The translations under genes and the position numbers were made by a program. From Pseudomonadota bacterium (lineage in GTDB: Bacteria > Myxococcota_A > Polyangia > Fen-1088), in contig JAEXQJ010000259.1 in NCBI GenBank assembly GCA_023438785.1, positions 4,816 to 68,815 of the forward strand: a DNA stretch of 64,000 nucleotides, in the 5' to 3' direction. The notes beneath the pieces were generated by a model that worked only from the letters and a program-made list of their open reading frames with translations, was not told where the DNA came from and searched no databases. Below are positions 47,622-57,500 of the stretch, piece after piece. The number at the start of each line of letters is the position of its first letter. Position 1 is the stretch's first letter.

Positions 47622-49127
47622 GTGATGGAAGCTGACGGACGCGTATGCGAACGGCTGGCGGCGCGGGGATCTACGCTGGCGGCCTGGCTGGCCCGGCACG
47701 CCGACGTGGTGCTGCTGTGGCTGGTGGCCTGGGCGTCGGGGATGCTCATGGGCTTCGGCGCGCAGGTCTACTGGGACAGCGCGGGTTATGTGCAGCAGGC
47801 CATCACCGGTCAGGTGGGCGGTCTGGCGTTGGGACGTCCGGTCTTCGTGTGGGTTTCGCACGGCCTCGTGGTGGCCAGCCACGCGCTGGGCGTGTCGCTG
47901 TGGCACGCGGAGAGACTGCTGCAGGTCTTCTGGATGTGCGTCTCTGCCTGCTCGGCGCCCTTGACCCTCCTGTTGGCGCGGGAGTGCGGGGCCAATCAGC
48001 GGGCAGCCCTCCTGGCGGGCCTGGCAGTGGCTGCCTCACCGGCGCTGGCCCACGTGGCCGGCGCCGTGCTGACCGATGGTCCTGCCCTGGCCGCAACTTG
48101 CTGGGGGCTGCTGCTCGCCTTGCGCGCCCTCAATCCGGCGCGCGCTGTGGTCCGTCCGGGCCTGCGGGGGCTGGCCGCCGGCCTGGTGCTGGGCTTGGCG
48201 GTGGGCATGCGCGAGCAGTCCCTCGCTCAGGGCTTGGTCTGTGCCTTGGCCCTGCTGGGCGCACCGGCCGGCCGCCGTGTGCGCTTCGCCTTCGGGTGCC
48301 TGGCAGGCCTGGTGCTCGCGGCGGGCTTGCCGGTGCTCTGGGCTGTGGTGTCCCAGCCGGAGTACGTGGATACGGTGCGGGACTGGATCCAGGCCATGCA
48401 GAGCGAGCGCGACCAGCGCCCCTACACGATATGGGATTTCCGGGTCTTCCTCATCTGGCTTGTGACGCTCGGGCCTCTCACCACCTTGGCCGGGCTTACG
48501 GCTTGGTGGGGCCAACGAGCCCGGCTGTGGCGGATCCGATCGCTGGCCTTCGCGCTCTGTGTTCCCGCGCTGCTGCAGCTCGGAATGCTGGCCTTCTATC
48601 AGGACATCTCGTACAGCCCGCGCTACCTCCTGCCCGCGCTGCCCGGCGCCCTGGCCATTCCGGCCGGACTGGCTCTGGACGACTGGTTGCGCGGCCGGCA
48701 CCTTTACCGGTTGGGCCTGGTCGTTGTCCTGGCACCCGTCCTCCTGGCCGCGCCCCTGGTGGCCGACGAACAGCGCGACCTGGAGCAATCCCTGCGGGGC
48801 CTGCCGAGCCTGCTGCAGAAGGTTCCGCGACGCACTGTTTTGATCACTGGCCAGCCCTGCGAGAGCGTGCGCTTGTGGTCCGTGATCGCCGCACGCGAGC
48901 CTGCCTCCTGGCACGGACGCAGACCCGCGTGGCACATCCTGTGCCCGGGATGGGCGTGGCCTGCCGATCTGGATGCGCATCTCAACGGCAAGCTGGAAGC
49001 GGGCTACGCGCTCATCTTGGACGCACGCCAGGGTAGCTGGCAGGACGGCGACCAGCGTGAGACCATGTATGAGGTGGAAGCCTGGGCCGGTGAACACCCC
49101 CAGGCCCGCGTGCGGATCTGGCGCTGA
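47622..49127 (+). CDS. Polytopic membrane protein, possibly GT-C-like (ArnT/PMT-like) glycosyltransferase
   Basis: 501 aa with about 11 TM segments. Function is inferred from topology only. Confidence 0.5.
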   Translation: MMEADGRVCERLAARGSTLAAWLARHADVVLLWLVAWASGMLMGFGAQVYWDSAGYVQQAITGQVGGLALGRPVFVWVSHGLVVASHALGVSLWHAERLLQVFWMCVSACSAPLTLLLARECGANQRAALLAGLAVAASPALAHVAGAVLTDGPALAATCWGLLLALRALNPARAVVRPGLRGLAAGLVLGLAVGMREQSLAQGLVCALALLGAPAGRRVRFAFGCLAGLVLAAGLPVLWAVVSQPEYVDTVRDWIQAMQSERDQRPYTIWDFRVFLIWLVTLGPLTTLAGLTAWWGQRARLWRIRSLAFALCVPALLQLGMLAFYQDISYSPRYLLPALPGALAIPAGLALDDWLRGRHLYRLGLVVVLAPVLLAAPLVADEQRDLEQSLRGLPSLLQKVPRRTVLITGQPCESVRLWSVIAAREPASWHGRRPAWHILCPGWAWPADLDAHLNGKLEAGYALILDARQGSWQDGDQRETMYEVEAWAGEHPQARVRIWR

Positions 49128-49297
49128 GGCCGCCCCCGCCTTTCTGGCGATGGGCGTGGGCGAGGCGTGCGGGATCGCCGCGTGGGGACGTGGGCTCCTA
49201 AAGACTGCCATCCCATCCGACGAAGGCGTGACTGATGCTGCGGCCTAACCGTGAATTTGGGCCGAGCGCTGGCTCCCAGCGCCGCTCTGGAGAGTGC

Positions 49298-51622
49298 ATG
49301 GGTCCCGCCCGTCGCCATTCTCGGAGGTGGGCAAGCGCGTGGGCCCTGCTCGCGGGCTTCTGGGCCATCCGGCGGGCGGCGCGCGCCGACGGCCTCGGTG
49401 ATCTGGAGAGTCTGCTCAGCGAGCAAATCGTCACCTCGGCCTCCAAGCAGGCGGAGGGCGCAAGCTCGGCCCCCGCATTGTCCACCAGCCTCTCCGCCGA
49501 CGATTTGCGTCGCTACGGCGTCAAGACCCTGGCCGAGGCCATCGACTTCCTCACCGTCGGCGTGAAGACCTCCGGCAACCTCAACGGACGCGAGATCGGT
49601 GCTCGGGGTGTGTTGCTGACGGGTGACCGCGGCAGCCACTTCCTGCTGCTGGTGGATGGCCACGCCGTCAACGAGCCCCTGCGCGGCAGCGCCTGGCTCG
49701 GCGTTGGTGCGGGCGTTCCCATGGAGATAATCGACCACATCGAGGTGATTGTGGGCGCCGGCTCTGTGCTCTATGGGTCGAATGCCATGCTGGGCCTCAT
49801 CAATGTGGTCACCAAGCGGGCCAAGGACAACGCGGGCCTGCATCTAGTGGCCGAGTCTTCGGTCTGGACCAGCGCCCGTATGGGTGCGGGCTACACCCAC
49901 AAATTCTCGCTGTTCGGCAGCGAGGCAGAGATCACCGCTCACGGCGAGTACTACCGGCAATTCGGCCCGTACATGACCTTTGGCCCGGTCAATACCGGCG
50001 TGGAACCCGATACGGGCAGCCCAGGCCGCAACAGCCGCGATGCCCTGGGCACCGGCATTTGGGGCGGAACGCAGTCGGAGAACAGCCCCTTCGCCGAGGT
50101 CCCGGCGGGTATGCTTCGCGTCAGCGTGGGCGATGTGGAGCTGAACTACCGAGAGGTGCACTACACGCACTCTGCCCCGACCGGTGTGGGCAACTACGAC
50201 GATCCGGGAACCAAGCAGTGGGAAGTGCGGCGCTCCGCGGACCTCAAGTATCGCCACACGATGTCCGCCCTGCTTGACGTGTCGGCTCGCTTGTATGGCG
50301 ACTACTTCTCCTATCGCAACGACCTGCTCGCCTCCCGCTTCAGCCTGTGTCCCGTGTCCTCCGACGCCGGGGCGCCGACCTGCGACCTCCTCGACAAGGG
50401 CACCGCCATGTGGGCGGGCACGGAGCTTCAGACCTCGTGGGACTGGCTCAAGGACGCTCGCCTGGTCACCATGGCCGGTGTGGACGCGCGCTGGCGTTCC
50501 ATGAACACGAAGCACGATCGCCTCAACGTCACCACCGGCCTGTCGACGCTGCCAAGGACGCAGCAGATTCCAGGCATCGATAGGTCAGACATCACCGTCG
50601 GTGCCTATCTGCAGCAGACATGGACGCCCATGCCGAATCTGCGCTTCAACGGCGGCCTTCGTGTCGACCGCGACTCGCGCTTCGATCCTGTTTTGGTGAA
50701 GCGCTTGTCAGCGAACTGGGAGGCTTGGAAGAACGGTCAGCTGAAGCTGGCCTACGCCGAGGCGTTTCGCGCGCCGAGTTGGGATGAGTCGGATGACTCC
50801 GCCGCCGATCGCATCGCGGCCAATGCGGCATCGAGGCCCAACGTCGACACGCGCGGCGTGAACCTGGGGACGCCGCTGAAGCCCGAGACGGTCAAGTCTA
50901 TCGAGGGCAGCATTCAGCAGAAGCTCGGAGCCCATCGCTTCCTCGTGGGCGGCTTCTACTCGCGCTGGAACAACCTGGTTCACCTGCGCCAGCTCAGCGC
51001 CGCTGAAACAAACACGGCCCGCAGCAACGGCCTGACCGCTCCCCTCGCAAACGGCGTGCTCCTGACGCAATACCAGAACGTCAGCACCATCGACAATTAC
51101 GGGCTCAACGTGGGGATAGATGGCGCGGTGGGATTCGATGCCCTGCAATACGGTCTGAGCGCCACGCTCGCCGAGGCCAGGGTCAAGACGCCGGACGCGC
51201 CAGGTGCGACCACCGTGACGGCAGGAGCCCAGCGCAACGGCAATATTGCCCCCGCCGTCTTCGGCAACGCCCGTATCGCCTACATCCCCGGGGGCATGTG
51301 GCCCACCATCGCCCTGGCCGCCCAATTCATGGGCAAACAATCACCGGACCAGTACCTAGTCCTGGAGGACGGCACGAGCCTGGAGCCTCGCGTGCCTGCC
51401 CAGGTGGAGGGACGTTTGACGCTTTCGGGTGCCGTCCCGGCGGTTAAGCACCTGAGCTATCGCGTGATTGCCAACTACGCCTTGGCCGACCAGGGCCCCT
51501 ATGTGGTGGGCCCGGTCATGGTCGCGAGGAGCTCGGCCCTCTATACGTTCGACCAGACTCCGCCGCGCCTCATCCCCGTCGATCGCTTTCGAGTCACGTG
51601 CGGTTTGCAGGTGGATTTCTAG
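49298..51622 (+). CDS. TonB-dependent receptor (plug plus beta-barrel, C-terminal Phe)
   Basis: Internal ATG at 49298 with GGAGAG upstream. Plug motif IDHIEVIVGAGSVLYGSNAMLGLINVVTK and terminal ...CGLQVDF. Confidence 0.85.
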   Translation: MGPARRHSRRWASAWALLAGFWAIRRAARADGLGDLESLLSEQIVTSASKQAEGASSAPALSTSLSADDLRRYGVKTLAEAIDFLTVGVKTSGNLNGREIGARGVLLTGDRGSHFLLLVDGHAVNEPLRGSAWLGVGAGVPMEIIDHIEVIVGAGSVLYGSNAMLGLINVVTKRAKDNAGLHLVAESSVWTSARMGAGYTHKFSLFGSEAEITAHGEYYRQFGPYMTFGPVNTGVEPDTGSPGRNSRDALGTGIWGGTQSENSPFAEVPAGMLRVSVGDVELNYREVHYTHSAPTGVGNYDDPGTKQWEVRRSADLKYRHTMSALLDVSARLYGDYFSYRNDLLASRFSLCPVSSDAGAPTCDLLDKGTAMWAGTELQTSWDWLKDARLVTMAGVDARWRSMNTKHDRLNVTTGLSTLPRTQQIPGIDRSDITVGAYLQQTWTPMPNLRFNGGLRVDRDSRFDPVLVKRLSANWEAWKNGQLKLAYAEAFRAPSWDESDDSAADRIAANAASRPNVDTRGVNLGTPLKPETVKSIEGSIQQKLGAHRFLVGGFYSRWNNLVHLRQLSAAETNTARSNGLTAPLANGVLLTQYQNVSTIDNYGLNVGIDGAVGFDALQYGLSATLAEARVKTPDAPGATTVTAGAQRNGNIAPAVFGNARIAYIPGGMWPTIALAAQFMGKQSPDQYLVLEDGTSLEPRVPAQVEGRLTLSGAVPAVKHLSYRVIANYALADQGPYVVGPVMVARSSALYTFDQTPPRLIPVDRFRVTCGLQVDF

Positions 51623-51644
51623 TTCACGAGGGGCCAGGGGACCT

Positions 51645-52304
51645 ATGAACCAGAAATCGACACCAGCGACGGCGCAACAAGGCGTGCCTGCCTCTTCCGG
51701 CAGCGCCGGCCGGCTGGTGTGGCCGCACAGGGCCAACCCATGGCTCGTCTGTGCCATGGTCTGGCTCTGCCTGTGTCTGTGCGGAGTGCGACAGGTGCGC
51801 GCCGACGACGTTGCCGTGCCCATTCCCATGCAGGTCCAGCTCCTCGCCAGCGTGGCCGACTACGACAAGGCGTTCGCCGAGCGTGCCAAGGGCAGCGTGA
51901 AGATTGTCCTGCTGACCTCCAAGGACCCCGACAGTGCCCGTGCGGCGGCGCAGGTCCGGGTCGCCCTACGGGGTGTCTCACAGATCGCCGGCTTGCCGCA
52001 CGAAGAGTCGATCGTGCAATTCGAGTCCGCGGCCGCGCTGAGGGATCTGTGCCGCAGCAAGGGCGTCGGTGTCGTCTTCGTCATGCCTGGCTTCCAGAAA
52101 GAGGTCGCCGACATCAAGCGCAGCTTGGATGGCGTGAGTGTGCTCTCGGTCGCCACCGTCGGGGCCTACGTCCAAGAGGGCGTGGTGCTGGGATTCGACG
52201 TCATCTCCGGCAAGCCCAAGTTGCTCGTGAACCTGCCGCAGGCCCGAGCCCAGAAGGTCGCCTTCAAGGCCGAGTTGCTGAAGATGGTGAAGGTCATCGA
52301 ATAG
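51645..52304 (+). CDS. YfiR-like (DUF4154) periplasmic protein
   Basis: Internal ATG at 51645 with GAGGGG upstream. Signal peptide present. The C-terminus KLLVNLPQARAQKVAFKAELLKMVKVIE resembles the YfiR-family C-terminal pattern. Assignment from memory. Confidence 0.45.
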   Translation: MNQKSTPATAQQGVPASSGSAGRLVWPHRANPWLVCAMVWLCLCLCGVRQVRADDVAVPIPMQVQLLASVADYDKAFAERAKGSVKIVLLTSKDPDSARAAAQVRVALRGVSQIAGLPHEESIVQFESAAALRDLCRSKGVGVVFVMPGFQKEVADIKRSLDGVSVLSVATVGAYVQEGVVLGFDVISGKPKLLVNLPQARAQKVAFKAELLKMVKVIE

Positions 52305-52357
52305 ACGGACGCGGAACGAGGCGTTCGCGCGTGCGGTGACTGCTCAGAAGGATTGCC

Positions 52358-52882
52358 ATGAATACCGATGACGAGCTCGCACAGGTCAATACGGAGCTAA
52401 GGGGTGTCTGCCAGGACATGTTCCCGGGCATCCAATGTGAACTCGGAATCGACGTGCCCGAGAAACCGGCGTCGCAGATGACCATTCTGGCCACGCTCGG
52501 CCTCAGCTCGGAAAATGTGCGCGGCGCCCTCGTGGTGTTCGGGCCGCCCGAGTTCTTTCGGGCCACGTACCCACTTGCCGGACCACGGGAGAGCGACGTC
52601 CGGGATTGGGCCGGCGAAGTCGCCAACCAGACCTTGGGGCGTCTCAACAACCGATTCGCGCGGCGGGGCTGCATCTTCTCCCACGGCATACCCGCGATTG
52701 TCTCCGGCGATGCCCTCCAACTCGCGCTCGGCGAAAATCGCCGCCGCGCCACCCTGCGTGGCCGGCTGGGGGCCCACGAGGTCGTGATGGTGTTGGACGT
52801 CCAACGCACCGACGGCACGGCTCTCTTCCATCCGGGTGAAAGGTCCGAGACGGTGAGCGAAGGAGAAGGGATTCTCTTCTAG
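52358..52882 (+). CDS. cheX: CheX/CheC-type CheY-P phosphatase
   Basis: DWAGEVANQTLGRLNNRFARRGCIFSHGIP matches D/S-x3-E-x2-N-x22-P exactly (D..E..N then P at +22). 174 aa with GAAGGA RBS. Confidence 0.75.
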   Translation: MNTDDELAQVNTELRGVCQDMFPGIQCELGIDVPEKPASQMTILATLGLSSENVRGALVVFGPPEFFRATYPLAGPRESDVRDWAGEVANQTLGRLNNRFARRGCIFSHGIPAIVSGDALQLALGENRRRATLRGRLGAHEVVMVLDVQRTDGTALFHPGERSETVSEGEGILF

Positions 52883-52910
52883 TCCTCCGAACCCGCAGAG
52901 GAAGCACCAG

Positions 52911-53282
52911 ATGGCACACAAGATCCTGCTCGTGGACGACTCAAGGACGGTTCGCCAACAGGTCGCCGCGGCCCTGACCGAGGCGGGATTCGCTGTCGTT
53001 GAGGCGGGAGATGGCGGCGAGGCCCTGGATCAGCTCGCCAAGAACGGCGATGTCCGGATGGTTGTCTGTGACGTCACGATGCCACGTATGTCCGGTCTGG
53101 AATTCCTGGCGGCCATGAAGGACCAGGGACGCATGGGGAGTCCGCCGGTCATCATGCTGACCACCGAGGGCAAGAGCGAAGTCATCGAGAAGGCCAAGGC
53201 ATTGGGTGTGCGTGGCTGGGTGGTGAAGCCCGTCCAGGCCGCGCAGCTCGTCGCCGCCGCCAAGAAGCTGACCGACGGCTGA
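52911..53282 (+). CDS. Single-domain CheY-like response regulator
   Basis: ILLVDDS...DVTMPRMSG...VVKP. AGAGGAAG RBS. Confidence 0.9.
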   Translation: MAHKILLVDDSRTVRQQVAAALTEAGFAVVEAGDGGEALDQLAKNGDVRMVVCDVTMPRMSGLEFLAAMKDQGRMGSPPVIMLTTEGKSEVIEKAKALGVRGWVVKPVQAAQLVAAAKKLTDG

Positions 53283-53294
53283 GGCGCGTGCCGC

Positions 53295-54317
53295 TCAGAA
53301 CGCCTCGGGAAGGTAGCTCGCGGCGTTGGTCGCGTCGAAGGTGCGGTCGTTGTTTTTCATCACCGTGGGGATCTGCTCACCCTGGGCGTACTTGAGGATG
53401 GTGTCGAAGACCACGGGGCCGAACTTGGGGTTGCACTCAGTCAGCTCGGAGATCTTGCCCTCGATGACGTACTGGGTGGCCTTCAGCGTCCCGTCTATCG
53501 ACAGCAGCATGATGTCTCTGCCGGGCTCCTTCCCCAGTTGCTGCAGGGCCGTGATGATGCCGAAAGACATACCGTCGTTGTGCGAAAAGATGACGTCGGC
53601 CGTCGGGTATTGGGGGAGGACCTCGAGGAGCAGGTCGTGCGCCTTCTGCTCGTCGAAGTCGGCGTCCTGCGAGAAGAGCAGCTTCATGCCAGGCTGGCCC
53701 GCGATTCTGCCGTCGAAGCCTTGCTTTCGTCCCACGGCGGCCGAGGAACCGACCGTGCCCTCGAATTCGATGATGTTGGCGTGGCCGCCGGTCTTTTGGA
53801 TGAGCCAGTCAGCCGTCAGCTCGCCCTCCTTGACGAAGTCCGAGCCGATGTAAGTCACGTAGTCGAGCCCGGGCACGGCGATGTTGGTGTCGACGGCGCG
53901 GTCCTCGATGAACACCGGGATGCAGGCCTTGCGCGCGGCCACGACGGTCGGAGCGAGATTGGCCTCGTCGTGGGGGGCTAGCAGGATGACGTCGACTTTG
54001 GCGTCGATGAGGGCCTGCATGCGGTCCACCTGTTCGGCGGCGTCGGCGGTGGTTCCTGGGGTGTAGACCAACTCCCAACCGCGCCTGGCGGCCTCGTCGA
54101 CGATGCTCTTCGTGTTGGCGTCACGCCAGGGGCCGTTGGCCTCGTAGAGCTGTGCGAATCCGACCCGGTACGTGTCTTTGAGGGCCAGGGGCGGCAGGCT
54201 GGTGCAGGTCTGGCCTTGGGCCGCGGAGTCGCTCGCGTCATTGCTGCTGCTGCAGGCCGAAAGGGTGGTGGCCACCGCGATTCCACCGATGGTCAGCCAT
54301 CTTTGCAGTTGCGTCAT
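53295..54317 (-). CDS. Periplasmic-binding-protein type I (sugar-binding/LacI-like fold) lipoprotein, orphan (no ABC permease or ATPase nearby)
   Basis: ORF trimmed to ATG at 54317 (MTQLQRWLTIGGIAVATTLSACSS lipobox). It is divergent from the CheA-like kinase gene. Confidence 0.8.
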   Translation of the reverse strand: MTQLQRWLTIGGIAVATTLSACSSSNDASDSAAQGQTCTSLPPLALKDTYRVGFAQLYEANGPWRDANTKSIVDEAARRGWELVYTPGTTADAAEQVDRMQALIDAKVDVILLAPHDEANLAPTVVAARKACIPVFIEDRAVDTNIAVPGLDYVTYIGSDFVKEGELTADWLIQKTGGHANIIEFEGTVGSSAAVGRKQGFDGRIAGQPGMKLLFSQDADFDEQKAHDLLLEVLPQYPTADVIFSHNDGMSFGIITALQQLGKEPGRDIMLLSIDGTLKATQYVIEGKISELTECNPKFGPVVFDTILKYAQGEQIPTVMKNNDRTFDATNAASYLPEAF

Positions 54318-54419
54318 GTTCGTGGGCCTTCGCTGCAGTTGCACCCTTCTGAGCGCCGACGTTCGGCGCGGGATGTCGCCTGCGCCGGGGCGAACTGACG
54401 TGAACCACTGCGCAGTCTT

Positions 54420-54436
54420 GCCTCCCGGGGGGAGGC
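54420..54436. promoter_or_regulatory. Palindrome GCCTCCC-GGGG-GGAGGC in the SBP/kinase divergent intergenic region
   Basis: Seen directly in the sequence. A second palindrome CGCCGA-CGT-TCGGCG lies about 60 nt upstream. Confidence 0.25.
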
Positions 54437-54534
54437 TTCGTCACCTCGGGCCCACAGCTTTAGCGCACGTGTGAACGAGTGAGGTCGGCTTCAGATTCAG
54501 GCGGGACAGCCGAACTGGGGACGAGGGCAAAGCC

Positions 54535-57500
54535 GTGCCGAAGCAAGAGAGAAGACGACGGTTCCTCTCGGTGGGGACCAAGCTGGCCGTCGCCACGGTT
54601 GCCGTGATGGCCACGGCGTCGTTCTTGCTCTTCAGGGAATTGACCGAGCGCGAGCGCAGGCGACTCGTCGATGCGAAGGCGGTTGCCGGCTCGATGGTGA
54701 CCGAGCTTTTCGCCGCGTCCTGTGCCGCCCCTTTGGTGTTCGCGGACGACGATGCGGTGGCGGTCGAATTGGAGAAGCTGCGCAGCAATGGGGCCATCGT
54801 CTATGCCGCCGTCTACTCGAGCAAGGAAGACAAGACGGTCAGGGAGCTCAATCCCGAGAAGAGACCTTCGTACGACTTCAAGCATGGCAAGACGGCGAGT
54901 CGCCTGCTCGAGTACGCGGACAGGATCGAGCTGGTGAAGGACATCCGAGACACCCGCGGGAAGGTGGTGGGATTCGCGGCGTTGAACTTCTCGCTGGCCG
55001 ACGAGAATGCCGCCTTCCGGGTCAGCCGCCGTCGGTTGCTGTGGTTCGCGTTCCTCATCGCCGGGGGCACGGCGGGGCTGCTCATCATGCTGACGCGCAG
55101 GGTGATCGTGGCTCCGCTGGCGCGGGTCACCGAGGCCGCTCGCCGCCTTGAGCAAGGCGACTTGCACGCGCGTGCTGACGTGAAATCAAGCGACGAGGTG
55201 GGGAACCTGGCGCTCGTCTTCAACAGCATGGGCGACGCCATCGTGGATCGTGAACAGAAGCTCGTTCAGGCGCGAAAGAACCTGCAGGACCTCTTCGACA
55301 ACATGCTGCAGGCCATCTTCACGGTTGGCCCAGATGGCCGCATCGATGCGGAGGTGTCTGCTTACGCCAAGCAGATCTTCGGCGACGTGCCGATCGCCGG
55401 CCAATCCGTGGTCGAGTTCTTGCGCCTCGAATCCATGGCCGAAAAGGAGGTGGTCAGCCGCATGAAGTTCTGGCTGCAGCACATCTTCGGCGCCGACGAT
55501 TTTCAGTGGGAGCTCTCCGAGCCGGAGCGAATCCGCGGGCTGAACTACACGCGCACGAACGCGGATGGCGTGGCCGACGAGCGCGTGCTGGAGCTGGACT
55601 ACGCGCCCCTCTACAAGGACGGGGAAATAGTGAAGATCATGTTCTTGGTGAAGGACGTGACCGAGGTGCATCGCCTGCAGGCCGAGATCGCCCGTCGCGA
55701 GGAGCAGAACAAGGAGAATCTGGCTCGCATTCGGCAGATCGCGGCCATGGAGCCCGATCTGTTCAACACGTTCATCGCGGAGGCCAAGATCGTGCTCGAC
55801 GGGTGCGAGGAGGCGCTCGCCGATTTGGAGGAGCCCAGCCGACGGCAGGCTGCCGTGAACTCGTTGTTCCGCGGCATGCACACGCTCAAGGGAAATGCGC
55901 GCATGTTCAAGCTCACGGCGGTGCAGGATATCGCGCACGCCACGGAGGACTACTTCCAGCGGGTGCGAGACGGTGAGGTGGGGCTCGGCCCCGAAATCGG
56001 GCTGGCCATGCACGAGCGCATCGCGGACGTGCGAAAGTTGCTGGGCGAGTTCGAGAAGCTTGGACGGCAGGTCCTGGGCGGGGAGCAGGAGAGCCCGGGC
56101 GAAGCCGCCTTGTCCTTCCTGCGCGCCCAGGAGCGGCCCTTCGACGATGGGCAGAGCGATCTGGCTTCGCTGGGCGACCCGGACGGCGACAAGCCGGCGC
56201 GCGCGCGCCTGGTGGCAAGGGCGACCCAACTGCGGGCCGAGGCGCAGGGCCACGGCTTCGTCAACGTGACCGCGGCCTTCGACTCGGTCCTCCAGGTCCT
56301 GGGTCGCGCCGAGACCACGGCGCTGGACCTGGTGCCCTGCCTGCACGAGGTGAACCAGGCTCTGCAGCTCACCCGTTCACTGTCTGCAGAAGTGGCGACG
56401 GCCGAGCTTTGGCCGTACTTCCGCGACGAGGCCCGGGCGACCTTGCGTGCCCTGGCCGCCAAGCTCAGCGCAGGGGGAGACCGAGCCCGCGAGGCCCTCG
56501 ATGTGTTCTTGCTGGCCGCAGGGGCGCGGTCCTTTGGCCTGGCCACCCTGGCCAACGTGGCGTCGGATTACCATCGGGCCATGACGGAGGACGGTGTGGA
56601 TGGGCGCACCGTCCTGAACGCCCTCGAGTCGTGGGTGGTCGATGGGCACAACCTGGTGGAGATGAGGTCGAAGCCCGAAGCGGACGTGGACGTGCTGGGC
56701 CGCTTCCATGGCGAGGCGGAAGACCTGGTGGAGCGGCTCAACGGGGCGAGCGCCAGTCAGGTCCCGCTGCTGCTCCTGGCGGCCATCGCCTGCGCTCGTC
56801 GGTACCGCTTCCGGGTGGCCCAAGCCGTCCTCGAATCCCTGGCCCAAACTGGGCCCAAGGACGGTGGCGTGGTGGCCGAGGCTTTGCGTCGCGAAGTGCT
56901 TGCCTACGAGGCCATTCGGCGCGAGATGCGCGACAACGAGGCGGCGGAGCACCTGCTGCTCGTGCCGCCTGGCGAGGACGACGAAAGGGAGCTGGCGAAT
57001 TGGTGGGAGGCGGCCGGGCAGGCTGGCCTCAATACGCTGCTGGCTCGCGCGCGCTCGCTGGCCGAGCCGGCTCGTCGGCATCTGCTCGACGACGTTCGTC
57101 ACTTCCGCGTGTTGATGCCGGCCATGCGCGGCGCAAAGACCGGGCAGCCGATCCAGCGGGTGCTCGAAGGCCGTATCGCCGCCCTCCGCGACGCTCTGAG
57201 AGGACTGCGCCAAGCCGTGGCGCACGTGCGGGAGGATCGGCAGGCCATCTTGCCGCCGCTCAACGATCTGGAGAAGGCGGTGGTTCATCTCACCACATCA
57301 TCCCTCGGTGACGTGCTGGCCCCGGTGGCCTCCACGGCGGCCGATCTGGCGCGCGAGCGCGGCAAGCCCCTCGAAGAGGTCAGTCTGGAGAACCTGGACT
57401 TCTTCTTGGAGGCCAGGGCGATGCAGAAGGTTCGGGGCGCGGTCATGCATGCCGTGCGGAACGCGGTCGATCACGGCCTGGAAACCGCCGATGCGCGTGT

